The notes under the pieces are model-generated. The model did not search any database and had not been told where the DNA came from. It worked only from the letters and a program-made list of their open reading frames with translations. A stretch of DNA of 64,000 bases, from sequence record MZ475891.1; one strand, 5' to 3'. Position 1 is the stretch's first letter, and the number at the start of each line of letters is the position of its first letter. Shown one piece after another: positions 27,664 through 35,574 of the stretch. The translations under genes and the position numbers were made by a program.

Positions 27664-27991
27664 CGTTTTCAAATACGTGATGTTCTTGCTGGTCAAAGAC
27701 GAGCGCACGAACAAAGATCGCACGCATATACCTATAATCTTCCCACGTCATATCATGCACAGTGATATGGGCGATGAGATGCGCGGCTATGCGATACATA
27801 ACGGTTACGTGGAGAATCGTTACCACCAGACAATGGAACCTGTTAGCGCAGGCTTTGTTGATCTCAACACACTGTCGTGCTTTGGTGAGTCTGAGTCTAT
27901 GGAACTCAAGTCTCGTCCAGAAGAAGACAGCCTAATCCTTCGTGAGTATTTCAAAGATGATGGAAAACTTCCTGAAGTACCTGTGGAGTGA
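27635..27991 (+). CDS. Hypothetical protein
   Basis: KYVMF...PIIFP....H and PVSAGFV......CFGESESM.LKSRPE.D motifs typical of a phage family. Confidence 0.7.
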   Translation: MSNNQKLPPNVFKYVMFLLVKDERTNKDRTHIPIIFPRHIMHSDMGDEMRGYAIHNGYVENRYHQTMEPVSAGFVDLNTLSCFGESESMELKSRPEEDSLILREYFKDDGKLPEVPVE

Positions 27992-28295
27992 TGAGTTCTG
28001 GTCCTCTCCTGCTTCTGCGTTCGCACCCACTGTTGTAATCATCTCATGGTTTGTGTTCTGTGAGATTCGTGAACGCCGTGCGTTACGTGCAGCACAGCGC
28101 GTTGTAGCAAGTGGCTGGGAGCCTGTTGAACACGCCACGTATCAACACAAATGGCTGCCGTGGGTGAAGTGCTATGTCATGTTCTATACTGTCAGTCTGA
28201 ACGATAAGTTCATGCCTGCTGTGTACGTGCTAAGAGGCAAGCATAGCTCTGAAATCCCCATGCACAAATTCCATTCTCGTTGGAGTTTAGTATGA
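27957..28295 (+). CDS. Hypothetical membrane protein
   Basis: Hydrophobic segment near the N-terminus; start uncertain. Confidence 0.5.
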   Translation: MMENFLKYLWSDEFWSSPASAFAPTVVIISWFVFCEIRERRALRAAQRVVASGWEPVEHATYQHKWLPWVKCYVMFYTVSLNDKFMPAVYVLRGKHSSEIPMHKFHSRWSLV

Positions 28296-28609
28296 CACCC
28301 CTTATTATGTTTGACGCACGAACCATTCGCGTGCTCAAGCAAAGTTTCGGTCAGGACAAACCTTTTGTTGTTGCAGGGTTAAACCCAATCGTAGGCAACA
28401 AAGGTGACCGTGTTACTCTCGCTAATGCCTGTAGCGTAGTCGCCATCCCTCGTGTGATGGGACTTGAAGTAGGCCAAGTGCTTTACGTAGGCACAGATGA
28501 TGAAGTCTACGCATGGCCTTCTGATATGGTGATGGAATTTGCTTCTGTCTCTGATAACCAAACTCGGGCCATTGCATACGCATTGCGCCCAATACTTTCG
28601 GATGATTAA
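28292..28609 (+). CDS. Hypothetical protein
   Basis: ATG 28292 after GGAG. Confidence 0.6.
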   Translation: MTPLIMFDARTIRVLKQSFGQDKPFVVAGLNPIVGNKGDRVTLANACSVVAIPRVMGLEVGQVLYVGTDDEVYAWPSDMVMEFASVSDNQTRAIAYALRPILSDD

Positions 28610-28611
28610 AA

Positions 28612-29712
28612 ATGACGGGTCCTCTCGATCTCACTAACCCACAGCACTTCGAACTGTACTCGTTGCACAGCGTTGATGCGCAGTACATCAATCTGTGTGA
28701 CGCACTCCTCACGCAGGGTACGCACGAATCTGACCCAGATCGCACTGCCGATACGTGGCATACGCTGATCGGTATTGGCTTCCAGTTGTCTAACACCAAC
28801 ATCGCTTTCCCTGCGCTGCTGTCTAAGCGTGTCAACGTCCGTGCAGCTATCGATGAATCCTGCTGGTTCGCACGCGGTGAAACGAACATCGCAACTCTCG
28901 GTTCTAAAATCTGGAACGAGTGGGCAGATGAAGAAGGTGAGAACGGTCCTATCTACGGCTTCCAGTACCGTAACTGGCCTGACATTAAAGTGTTCAACAC
29001 TGTCGAAGGCATGATTGAGCAGCACATCCCACCAGCGATGATTGAGCGCATCTCGAAAGAGATCAACCGCATGAAGGCGCAGGGCTATATCGAAACTGCG
29101 TTGCCTGATGGTCGCGTGTTGTACGAAGGTTATATCGATCAGTACGCTGATGCACTGCGTCAAATCATGGCGCGTAGTCGTAGCCGTCGCATTCGTGTGC
29201 AAGCGTTCAATCCGGGTTACGTTGGTATGCAGAGCCTGCCTCCGTGCCATACCGAGTTTGAGTTCAACGTAACCAAAGCCACTGCGTATGAGATTGCGCA
29301 GATGGAAGCACGCTCAATGCGCCCTGACGCTGACTCACTGCATATCGTGGTGACGATGCGCAGCAATGATGCACTTCTCGGGCGTCCCTTCAATATCGTT
29401 GGCTACAGCGCCATGCACCAGTTGTTTGCGAAGTGGGCTGGTCTGAACGTTGGTTCGTTTACTCTGAACGTTACCAACATGCACATGTACGATCACCACC
29501 GAGAAGCGTATGCACAACAGCGCGAGCAGTGGCTGGAGCTACAGACGCAGATGCAGACGACAGGTAAACCTGTTGTTTACCCAACTCTCGAAATCACTGA
29601 CGACATTCTGGGCCTGACTCCAGAAGAGCTGCTGGATAACGTCAACGTCGATTGGTTCGAGCTGGTGGACTACTCTCCTAAACCTGCTGTTAAAGGACGC
29701 GTAACCAAATGA
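28612..29712 (+). CDS. thyA: Thymidylate synthase
   Basis: IWNEWAD, GPIYGFQYRNW, SRRI, LPPCH, RSNDALLGRPFN, NMHMY. Confidence 0.95.
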   Translation: MTGPLDLTNPQHFELYSLHSVDAQYINLCDALLTQGTHESDPDRTADTWHTLIGIGFQLSNTNIAFPALLSKRVNVRAAIDESCWFARGETNIATLGSKIWNEWADEEGENGPIYGFQYRNWPDIKVFNTVEGMIEQHIPPAMIERISKEINRMKAQGYIETALPDGRVLYEGYIDQYADALRQIMARSRSRRIRVQAFNPGYVGMQSLPPCHTEFEFNVTKATAYEIAQMEARSMRPDADSLHIVVTMRSNDALLGRPFNIVGYSAMHQLFAKWAGLNVGSFTLNVTNMHMYDHHREAYAQQREQWLELQTQMQTTGKPVVYPTLEITDDILGLTPEELLDNVNVDWFELVDYSPKPAVKGRVTK

Positions 29713-30371
29713 TGCTAATCAGCCGCATTGCTGCATTCCTGTATGTCGGGTATGCAGAGTCAGTGGAAGACATTCCACGTTTGCTCGTCGAAAAAGTTAA
29801 GGTGCGCATCGAAGATCCCGATTGGGACCCGTTTGATGACGTTACCGTTGAAGATGCACCGCCTATCCTCGAAATGACAGGCAAGGTCATCTATCATCTG
29901 CCACTCAACTGCTTCCTGATTGACGGTCGCATGGAGCAGGATGAATCGTCCGAAGATACGCTCAAGATGCAGAAGCATTGCGCGGATAACTTCTTCAAGC
30001 ACAAGCAGACGCGCAACGGTCGTGTAGGCATTGCCGTGGACAGCATGATCAGAGAACTGTCCTACGCAGAGGCACAGCACCCTAACTGGCCTACTGAGCC
30101 GCTGCACGCTGGTGCTATCCTCGCAGAAGAAGCTGGTGAGTGTCTGCGTGATTGCGTGTCCTACGATGAAACAGGTCGTGATGCTCTGCTAACCTCTATG
30201 GCCGAAGAAGCTGTGCAGACAGGCGCGATGGCGATTCGTTTTCTGATCAATGCACATCGTTCTAAAGAGCGCACGCTGCCTCGCTCTACAGTCCGTGACC
30301 TGCTGTCAGACACGTCCATTCCTCTGGCGGAGCGTGTTGCTAAACTTCTTGATGTGGTGGACGCTAAATGA
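29709..30371 (+). CDS. Protein with C-terminal MazG-like NTP pyrophosphatase domain
   Basis: AILAEEAGECL...EEAVQTGAMAIRFL acidic helical motif. Confidence 0.55.
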   Translation: MMLISRIAAFLYVGYAESVEDIPRLLVEKVKVRIEDPDWDPFDDVTVEDAPPILEMTGKVIYHLPLNCFLIDGRMEQDESSEDTLKMQKHCADNFFKHKQTRNGRVGIAVDSMIRELSYAEAQHPNWPTEPLHAGAILAEEAGECLRDCVSYDETGRDALLTSMAEEAVQTGAMAIRFLINAHRSKERTLPRSTVRDLLSDTSIPLAERVAKLLDVVDAK

Positions 30372-31279
30372 AACTACTCGCACTTATCCCGTCTGCTACC
30401 ACCAATGTGTTTCGCACGCTGCATTGTGTAGGCACGGCAGAAGAGTTTCCTGTGGGCGAACATCCTAAGTGGGATGGCTTTGGTCTGAATCTGACTAACG
30501 TCAAAATCATTCCTGACCTGGCTAAAGACGCCGTGCCTGATTCGTTCTATGTTACTATCGATAGCCACCTCGACTGGTCTGTTGATCTTGACCGTATCGA
30601 TACGTTCAGCGCGGATTATCTCATCTGGTGCGGTAAGCATACGCCTTCAATTGAAGCTGTGCTCGAAGCCCACATGATTAAAGGCCAGTTGCCGAATCTG
30701 GTGCAGGACTTTGATGCGTTCGTCGCTGATCTGCAAGAGCGTCTGGACAACATGACCAGCCTCGCTAAAGATCGTATGACCATCTCAGGCAGCACGCTGA
30801 TCGATAGCGACACCACAGCCAAGTACAACTTGTGGGCTATCTATCGTCACTGTCTGATGTTAGACAACAAGATGGTCCTGCTGTACGGTAAGGACAATCA
30901 CATCCATGTGTCCGACACGCACGTATCTGAAAAGGGTATCGGCTGGTGGTTGACCGAGCACAACAAACACATGATGAGCATTGCACAGCAAAACGATCTG
31001 CTGGCCGCTTACATTACGTTTGAACGCGATAGCTCTGGCTATACGTTTGTTGGTGCTGACGGTACTCAGGTTAAACGTCCTGTCGAAAGCAGCGAGTTCA
31101 TGCACATGGCGCATCACGGCCTGTTCCCTAAAGTTGTAGTGCGTGAAGACGCAGACGGCCGTAACTTCGAACTGTCGTTTGATTACGCCGAATACTTCCC
31201 ACAGGCGTATCACGATTTTGTCAATCATGCGTGGGCCGGCCGTTCTGATCGTTCACGCGATTTGGTTCGCTTCATCTGA
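30368..31279 (+). CDS. Hypothetical protein
   Basis: 303-aa ORF. Confidence 0.72.
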   Translation: MKLLALIPSATTNVFRTLHCVGTAEEFPVGEHPKWDGFGLNLTNVKIIPDLAKDAVPDSFYVTIDSHLDWSVDLDRIDTFSADYLIWCGKHTPSIEAVLEAHMIKGQLPNLVQDFDAFVADLQERLDNMTSLAKDRMTISGSTLIDSDTTAKYNLWAIYRHCLMLDNKMVLLYGKDNHIHVSDTHVSEKGIGWWLTEHNKHMMSIAQQNDLLAAYITFERDSSGYTFVGADGTQVKRPVESSEFMHMAHHGLFPKVVVREDADGRNFELSFDYAEYFPQAYHDFVNHAWAGRSDRSRDLVRFI

Positions 31280-31284
31280 TCGTC

Positions 31285-31330
31285 GCGCTGTCTGCTGTCA
31301 GTAATTTGAAGCTACTATAGGAGACAGCGC
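31285..31330 (+). promoter_or_regulatory. RBS-occluding inverted repeat with a TAATTT motif in its loop
   Basis: GCGCTGTCT (31285-31293) is a perfect complement of AGACAGCGC (31322-31330), which abuts ATG 31331. Confidence 0.55.
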
Positions 31331-31669
31331 ATGAAATATGATAAGACCAAAGACTACCAACCGTTCAAGTATCTTGAGCCAGACCCAAAGGCTCCAAGAG
31401 TAGGCTTCTACGGTTCGACTGGCCACACTGTCACAAAGGACGTTCTGATAGGGCAGGACGTATGCGAGTTTGAGTTCAAGCCCGAAGAGTTGAACAATAT
31501 GAATCGCGGTACGTTGCTCTTCCGTGCTAAAGATAGTGGCGGAACTATTGTCGTAAAGAAATGCTCTGTGCTTGGATTGAAAATGGTAATTACGCTAGAG
31601 AGAAGGGTGATTCAGTTCGGCAAGGTTCAAGCTGAATGGATGACCACATCCCGACTGTATAACTACTAA
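31331..31669 (+). CDS. Hypothetical protein
   Basis: 112-aa ORF with AGGAG RBS. Confidence 0.7.
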   Translation: MKYDKTKDYQPFKYLEPDPKAPRVGFYGSTGHTVTKDVLIGQDVCEFEFKPEELNNMNRGTLLFRAKDSGGTIVVKKCSVLGLKMVITLERRVIQFGKVQAEWMTTSRLYNY

Positions 31670-31677
31670 CTGTAAAT
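31670..31677 (+). promoter_or_regulatory. CTGTAAAT motif (putative phage promoter)
   Basis: Intergenic, 34 nt before the ParB-like gene. Confidence 0.6.
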
Positions 31678-31711
31678 ACATTGTACAGAAGCAACTACAA
31701 GAGAAAAGAGA

Positions 31712-32410
31712 ATGGCAAAAATTGCTAAAGCAAAGGAAGGGAAAAAGAAAAGCAACCCTATGTTGATTGACCTGAAAAAGTTCAAGTCAGTTAAACAGCT
31801 TAAGGGTGCGAAGTACAACCCTCGTTTCATTACAGACAGCCGACTGAGAGCGCTCGAAGGTTCTTTGGGCAGCTTCGGTGATTTGTCTGGCGTGGTGTTC
31901 AACAACAGCGTGGACAGTGGCGTGCTGATCTCAGGCCACCAGCGCCTCAAGTCGATTGAGAAGTGGGACTCGCGCATTGAGATTCAGCAAACGTCTGACA
32001 AGTACGGCACGGTAGCGCTGGGTTATATCCATGCCACCAGCGCCAAAGGTAAAACGATCAGCATCCCACTGCGTATCGTTAACTGGTCAGATAAGAAAGT
32101 GGAGTTTGCTGCTAACATTGCCGCGAACGCCCACGGCGGTGAGTTCGATAACAAAAAGCTCGCGTCACTTGTCGAGAAGCTGGACCTGACTACAATCAAG
32201 CCAGCTCTTATCGGGCTTGACCCGTTAGAGATTCGCGGCCTGCAACAGACGCTGAGCAAACAAGCTATCGTCGAGCAGGAAAAGCGTGTTGGTAAAACAA
32301 CAGGCAAAATGAACGGCAGCACCGGCGAGTTCAAAGAGTACACGACTGATGAAGTTGGTACTGCGCTGACCTGCACCTGCCCACGTTGTGGCTTTAAGTT
32401 CGAGGGATAA
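31712..32410 (+). CDS. ParB/Srx-like N-terminal domain protein with C-terminal zinc ribbon
   Basis: KYNPR, LISGHQRLK, ANIAAN; CTCPRCGFKF. Confidence 0.78.
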   Translation: MAKIAKAKEGKKKSNPMLIDLKKFKSVKQLKGAKYNPRFITDSRLRALEGSLGSFGDLSGVVFNNSVDSGVLISGHQRLKSIEKWDSRIEIQQTSDKYGTVALGYIHATSAKGKTISIPLRIVNWSDKKVEFAANIAANAHGGEFDNKKLASLVEKLDLTTIKPALIGLDPLEIRGLQQTLSKQAIVEQEKRVGKTTGKMNGSTGEFKEYTTDEVGTALTCTCPRCGFKFEG

Positions 32411-32411
32411 C

Positions 32412-34547
32412 ATGATCATCAAGCCGCCTACAATGAAAGAGATTAATAAGCTGCCCAAGCCCTGGTCAGGTATGAGTTTCTTTGCAGGTTGCGGTGGTTC
32501 ATCTACCGGTCACAAGATGGCCGGCATTAACATCCTACTGAGCAACGAGTTCGTGGACGCGGCTCGTGAATCGTATGAAGCGAACCATCCAACAACCAAA
32601 GTGTTGCCCCACGATATTCGTCGTCTTGACCCGAAAAAGCTGCTTAGCTATTGCGGCCTGAGCCAAGGCGAACTGGACTTGCTTGACGGCAGTCCTCCGT
32701 GCTTCACCGAAGACACGTTCATTCATACTGACACTGGTATGAAGTTCATCACTGATATGCGCATCGGTGACTTCGCTATGACCTCTGTTGGTAAGTATCA
32801 TCCTGTGTATGACACGATGGTGCGTCCGTATGACGGTCAGATGCACAGAATTGAAACGCTGCTCGGTCAGAACAATGCAACACCTGAACACCCATTCTTT
32901 GTTCGTCGTCAGAGCGAAGAAGGTGGCGGGTACAGTGCGCCGTTCTGGTGTGACGCTAAAGATGTGCAGGAAGGTGACCTGTTAGGTACGCCTCGTGTTA
33001 CGCCTGACATGGGTGAAGCACACACGCACGAGATTATCTCGTCGTTGACCGCGCAGCTTGTGCGTTGGATTGCATTGCCTGAGTTCTGGTGGCTGATTGG
33101 ACACTGGTGCAATCGCGGTGCAATCGATAAGATTCGTGGTGTCGATGTTATTCAATTCACCTCGATGACAGCGATGGAAAACTCGCTGGTGGAACAAGCG
33201 TTCGACGTGCTCAAGTTAAGCAGCATCAACAGCGCTTCGTCCGACATGGGCGTTCATCGTAAGACCGTTCGTGTTGTTATGGACACAGACCTGTTGCTGT
33301 TCTTGCGTATGTTCATCGCACAGGGCAAGAAGTCTATGTCACGCCGTCTGCCTGGCATGATCTTCCATCTGGCTAAAGAGCTGAAACAGCAATTCATTCT
33401 CGGCTATCTGGGTCGTGATTACGTCACAGCAATGGGCGTTGGTCATGCGTTAGAGGCTGACTCAAAGCGCTTCCTCGTTGAGATGAATTACCTGTGCTGC
33501 TCTGCGTTCAACCGACCGCTGTTCGATGCAATGTTGTTCACTGACTTGCACTACGGCAGTCCGATGTTACCGCCGAGTCGCTTCATTACCAAAGAGCACA
33601 TCGGCTTCCTGTTCTTGCAAGAAGAGGTTAATTTCTTCTTCGAGTTCGAGCCGGAAGACCCGCATCTGTGGGTTGAAGTGATTGAGAACTTTACGCACCA
33701 TGAAACGTGCAACGTCTATAACTTCTCAGTCAGTGTTGATGAGACGTATGTTGCTAACGGCATGGTCGTGCATAACTGCAAAGGGTTCTCGACTGCTGGC
33801 GTGAAAGAAGACGGCTGGGGTAAAGAGGTTAAGTACAGCGGCAACAAGTATCAGCAAGTCGATGACCTGTTCGATCAGTATTGCCGTATGCTCAAGCACA
33901 TGCAGCCTAAAACGTTCACTGCGGAAAACGTTAGTGGCCTCGTTAAAGGTGCGTCGAAGGGTTACTTCATTGAAATCATGAAGACCTTTGATCAGCTGGG
34001 TTACTATGTGCGAGCACCGTTGCTTAATGCTGCGTGGCTTGGTGTGCCTCAGTCTCGTGAACGTATCATCTTTATGGGTGTGCGCAAAGACGTGGCGAAA
34101 GCACTCGGTTATAAAACTGCGTTGACTGCTGTGCCTGATGTAACACCTCAATCAAGCATGGCATTCCTTGCAGATGCATTGCCGAACATTCGTCGCTATA
34201 AAGGTACGGAGCGTGACATTATCAAGTATCTGCCTGCTGTTAACGGGCCGATGCCTACGATTACCGCCGCTGACGCTATCGCATACGAAACAGCACGCTT
34301 CTCCTCTGCTGGCTTCATTGAAGACGACAAAGGGCACAGACGCAAGCTGACGATTGATGAACTCAAAGTTGTATCAGGCATGCCTAGTGATTACGTGCTC
34401 ACAGGTAAGTTTGAAGAACAATGGGAACGTCTCGGTCGTGTGTGCGTACCTGCAATGACGTGTGCTGCGGCAAGCGCGTTGATACGCCATGTGCTTGAGC
34501 CTTACGCGAAGCTGCGTAAAAAGAAACCTGGGGATCGTTTTCGTTAA
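32412..34547 (+). CDS. DNA cytosine-C5 methyltransferase homolog, intein-containing (candidate carboxymethyltransferase)
   Basis: Motif I FFAGCGG, IV SPP/CKGFS (split), VI ENVSG, VIII QSRERI, IX RKLTIDE, X LGRVCVP; ATG 32412. Confidence 0.88.
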   Translation: MIIKPPTMKEINKLPKPWSGMSFFAGCGGSSTGHKMAGINILLSNEFVDAARESYEANHPTTKVLPHDIRRLDPKKLLSYCGLSQGELDLLDGSPPCFTEDTFIHTDTGMKFITDMRIGDFAMTSVGKYHPVYDTMVRPYDGQMHRIETLLGQNNATPEHPFFVRRQSEEGGGYSAPFWCDAKDVQEGDLLGTPRVTPDMGEAHTHEIISSLTAQLVRWIALPEFWWLIGHWCNRGAIDKIRGVDVIQFTSMTAMENSLVEQAFDVLKLSSINSASSDMGVHRKTVRVVMDTDLLLFLRMFIAQGKKSMSRRLPGMIFHLAKELKQQFILGYLGRDYVTAMGVGHALEADSKRFLVEMNYLCCSAFNRPLFDAMLFTDLHYGSPMLPPSRFITKEHIGFLFLQEEVNFFFEFEPEDPHLWVEVIENFTHHETCNVYNFSVSVDETYVANGMVVHNCKGFSTAGVKEDGWGKEVKYSGNKYQQVDDLFDQYCRMLKHMQPKTFTAENVSGLVKGASKGYFIEIMKTFDQLGYYVRAPLLNAAWLGVPQSRERIIFMGVRKDVAKALGYKTALTAVPDVTPQSSMAFLADALPNIRRYKGTERDIIKYLPAVNGPMPTITAADAIAYETARFSSAGFIEDDKGHRRKLTIDELKVVSGMPSDYVLTGKFEEQWERLGRVCVPAMTCAAASALIRHVLEPYAKLRKKKPGDRFR
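32700..33776 (+). mobile_element. Intein (359 aa) with degenerate LAGLIDADG-like region
   Basis: Starts CFTEDT, block B ATPEHPFFV, ends NFSV...VANGMVVHN, followed by Cys. Confidence 0.92.
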
Positions 34548-34556
34548 GGAGCAGTT

Positions 34557-34640
34557 ATGTTGTGGGTCGGGTTCATTTTAGGTTTTATGCTCGGCACACT
34601 GCTAACGTTGCTGCTGCCTATCCCTTACTTGTCATGGTGA
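34557..34640 (+). CDS. 27-aa hydrophobic peptide (not in ORF track)
   Basis: MLWVGFILGFMLGTLLTLLLPIPYLSW with AGGAG RBS. Confidence 0.5.
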   Translation: MLWVGFILGFMLGTLLTLLLPIPYLSW

Positions 34641-34648
34641 CAATCTGT

Positions 34649-34709
34649 GTATTATCTCCGAAGCATGTCACATTTGAAGGTGGGCATATCGTCCACTAGG
34701 AGATAGTAT
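34649..34709 (+). promoter_or_regulatory. Structured leader pairing over an RBS
   Basis: GTATTATCTCC pairs with GGAGATAGTAT (11 bp, 2 GU); inner GTGGGC/GTCCAC hairpin. Confidence 0.45.
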
Positions 34710-34710
34710 T

Positions 34711-34881
34711 ATGACAAACGTAAACACAAACGAAATCGAAACCCCTTGGTACGAAGCAGACGATGAGCAGCTAACCGCAGAGCACATTGCAATCATTCAG
34801 CAAAAGGCTAATGCTGATGCGATAGCCCGCGGCAAGCCATTGCCCGATGCGGATGACCCGAGCTGGATTCGTCTGTTCTAA
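34711..34881 (+). CDS. 56-aa hypothetical protein (not in ORF track)
   Basis: MTNVNTNEIETPWY...SWIRLF with AGGAG RBS. Confidence 0.6.
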   Translation: MTNVNTNEIETPWYEADDEQLTAEHIAIIQQKANADAIARGKPLPDADDPSWIRLF

Positions 34882-34918
34882 AATAAACTTGGGACAAGGA
34901 TGTCCTTTGGAGAATGCC

Positions 34919-35053
34919 ATGAACGATCCCGTTGTTCTTTGGTCTATTATCGGTGTGCTGTTGTTTCTGCTTGCGTGCGGTGGTGCGTTCATTTATTTCT
35001 TGCTGCGCACTGTATCGGAGACAATCTTCCGGAGTCTCTGGGGTGGACACTAG
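34919..35053 (+). CDS. Small membrane protein
   Basis: ATG after GGAG; one TM segment. Confidence 0.5.
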   Translation: MNDPVVLWSIIGVLLFLLACGGAFIYFLLRTVSETIFRSLWGGH

Positions 35054-35222
35054 ACTGCGTGTGGGTCTAGCCTTCATCATTACAGGGGCACTCACATTCA
35101 TGTCCTGTAGATCACTGGATATGTTATTTGATGACGCCCTACCAATATCTTTAGTGTTCGGCACTCTTGTCGCACTGCATGAGTTTCATTATCTCATGTC
35201 AATGAGGGATTTTGAAAATTGA
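35043..35222 (+). CDS. Small membrane protein
   Basis: GTG after GGAG; two hydrophobic stretches; start uncertain. Confidence 0.4.
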   Translation: MDTRLRVGLAFIITGALTFMSCRSLDMLFDDALPISLVFGTLVALHEFHYLMSMRDFEN

Positions 35223-35455
35223 AAATACCTAAAAAGTGGCGAACGGCTTCGAACTCGTTGGCGCACACTGTTGAGATTATTAACGATAATGCGCAACTCG
35301 TTGTCGTGTATAAAGTGTGGTACGCTAGGCGCAAACGCTGGGAGTATTGTGCTGAGCCTATCGAAGTCGTCTTGTATATCATTAAGGACCTGCATTTTGG
35401 CGGGTCTCTTGCCGAACTCCGAGCAATTAAAGCCAGTCGAAAAAACAGCAACTGA
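35219..35455 (+). CDS. Hypothetical protein
   Basis: 78-aa ORF, TTG start. Confidence 0.55.
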   Translation: MKIPKKWRTASNSLAHTVEIINDNAQLVVVYKVWYARRKRWEYCAEPIEVVLYIIKDLHFGGSLAELRAIKASRKNSN

Positions 35456-35460
35456 AATAC

Positions 35461-35574
35461 TACACAGGCAAACCGAATGTGTCTTGGCCCGACCAAGACG
35501 AAACCGCCGAGTAATCGGCACTCATGGTGTGAGACACACAAGTGAACTCACCCTCTACCTAAAAGGTATGTAAT
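35461..35574 (+). ncRNA. Candidate structured RNA or 5' leader (family unknown)
   Basis: Intergenic; hairpins at 35481-35499, 35506-35519 (GTAA GNRA loop), 35527-35539 and 35556-35568. Confidence 0.35.

Noticed and set aside
28606-29250. Long antisense ORFs (e.g. 28606-29250, 6379-6963, 41425-42225, 42552-43103, 43027-43629 minus; 55712-56191 plus)
   Set aside because: They lie opposite well-supported genes, lack RBSs and recognisable motifs, and are best explained as codon-bias shadows.
28612-29712. ThyA homolog as a dCMP hydroxymethylase or other base-modifying enzyme
   Set aside because: It keeps the Asn of the PFN motif that specifies dUMP; dCMP hydroxymethylases have Asp there. It looks like an ordinary thymidylate synthase.
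32700-33776. Active homing endonuclease inside the inteins
   Set aside because: The catalytic acidic residues of the LAGLIDADG blocks appear substituted, and the terminase intein is too short. Activity is not supported.
35461-35574. Hammerhead ribozyme or c-di-GMP-I riboswitch
   Set aside because: GGCAAACC and CGAAAC fragments are present, but the required CUGAnGA core and the GGGACGCAAAG partner are missing. Kept only as an unclassified structure.
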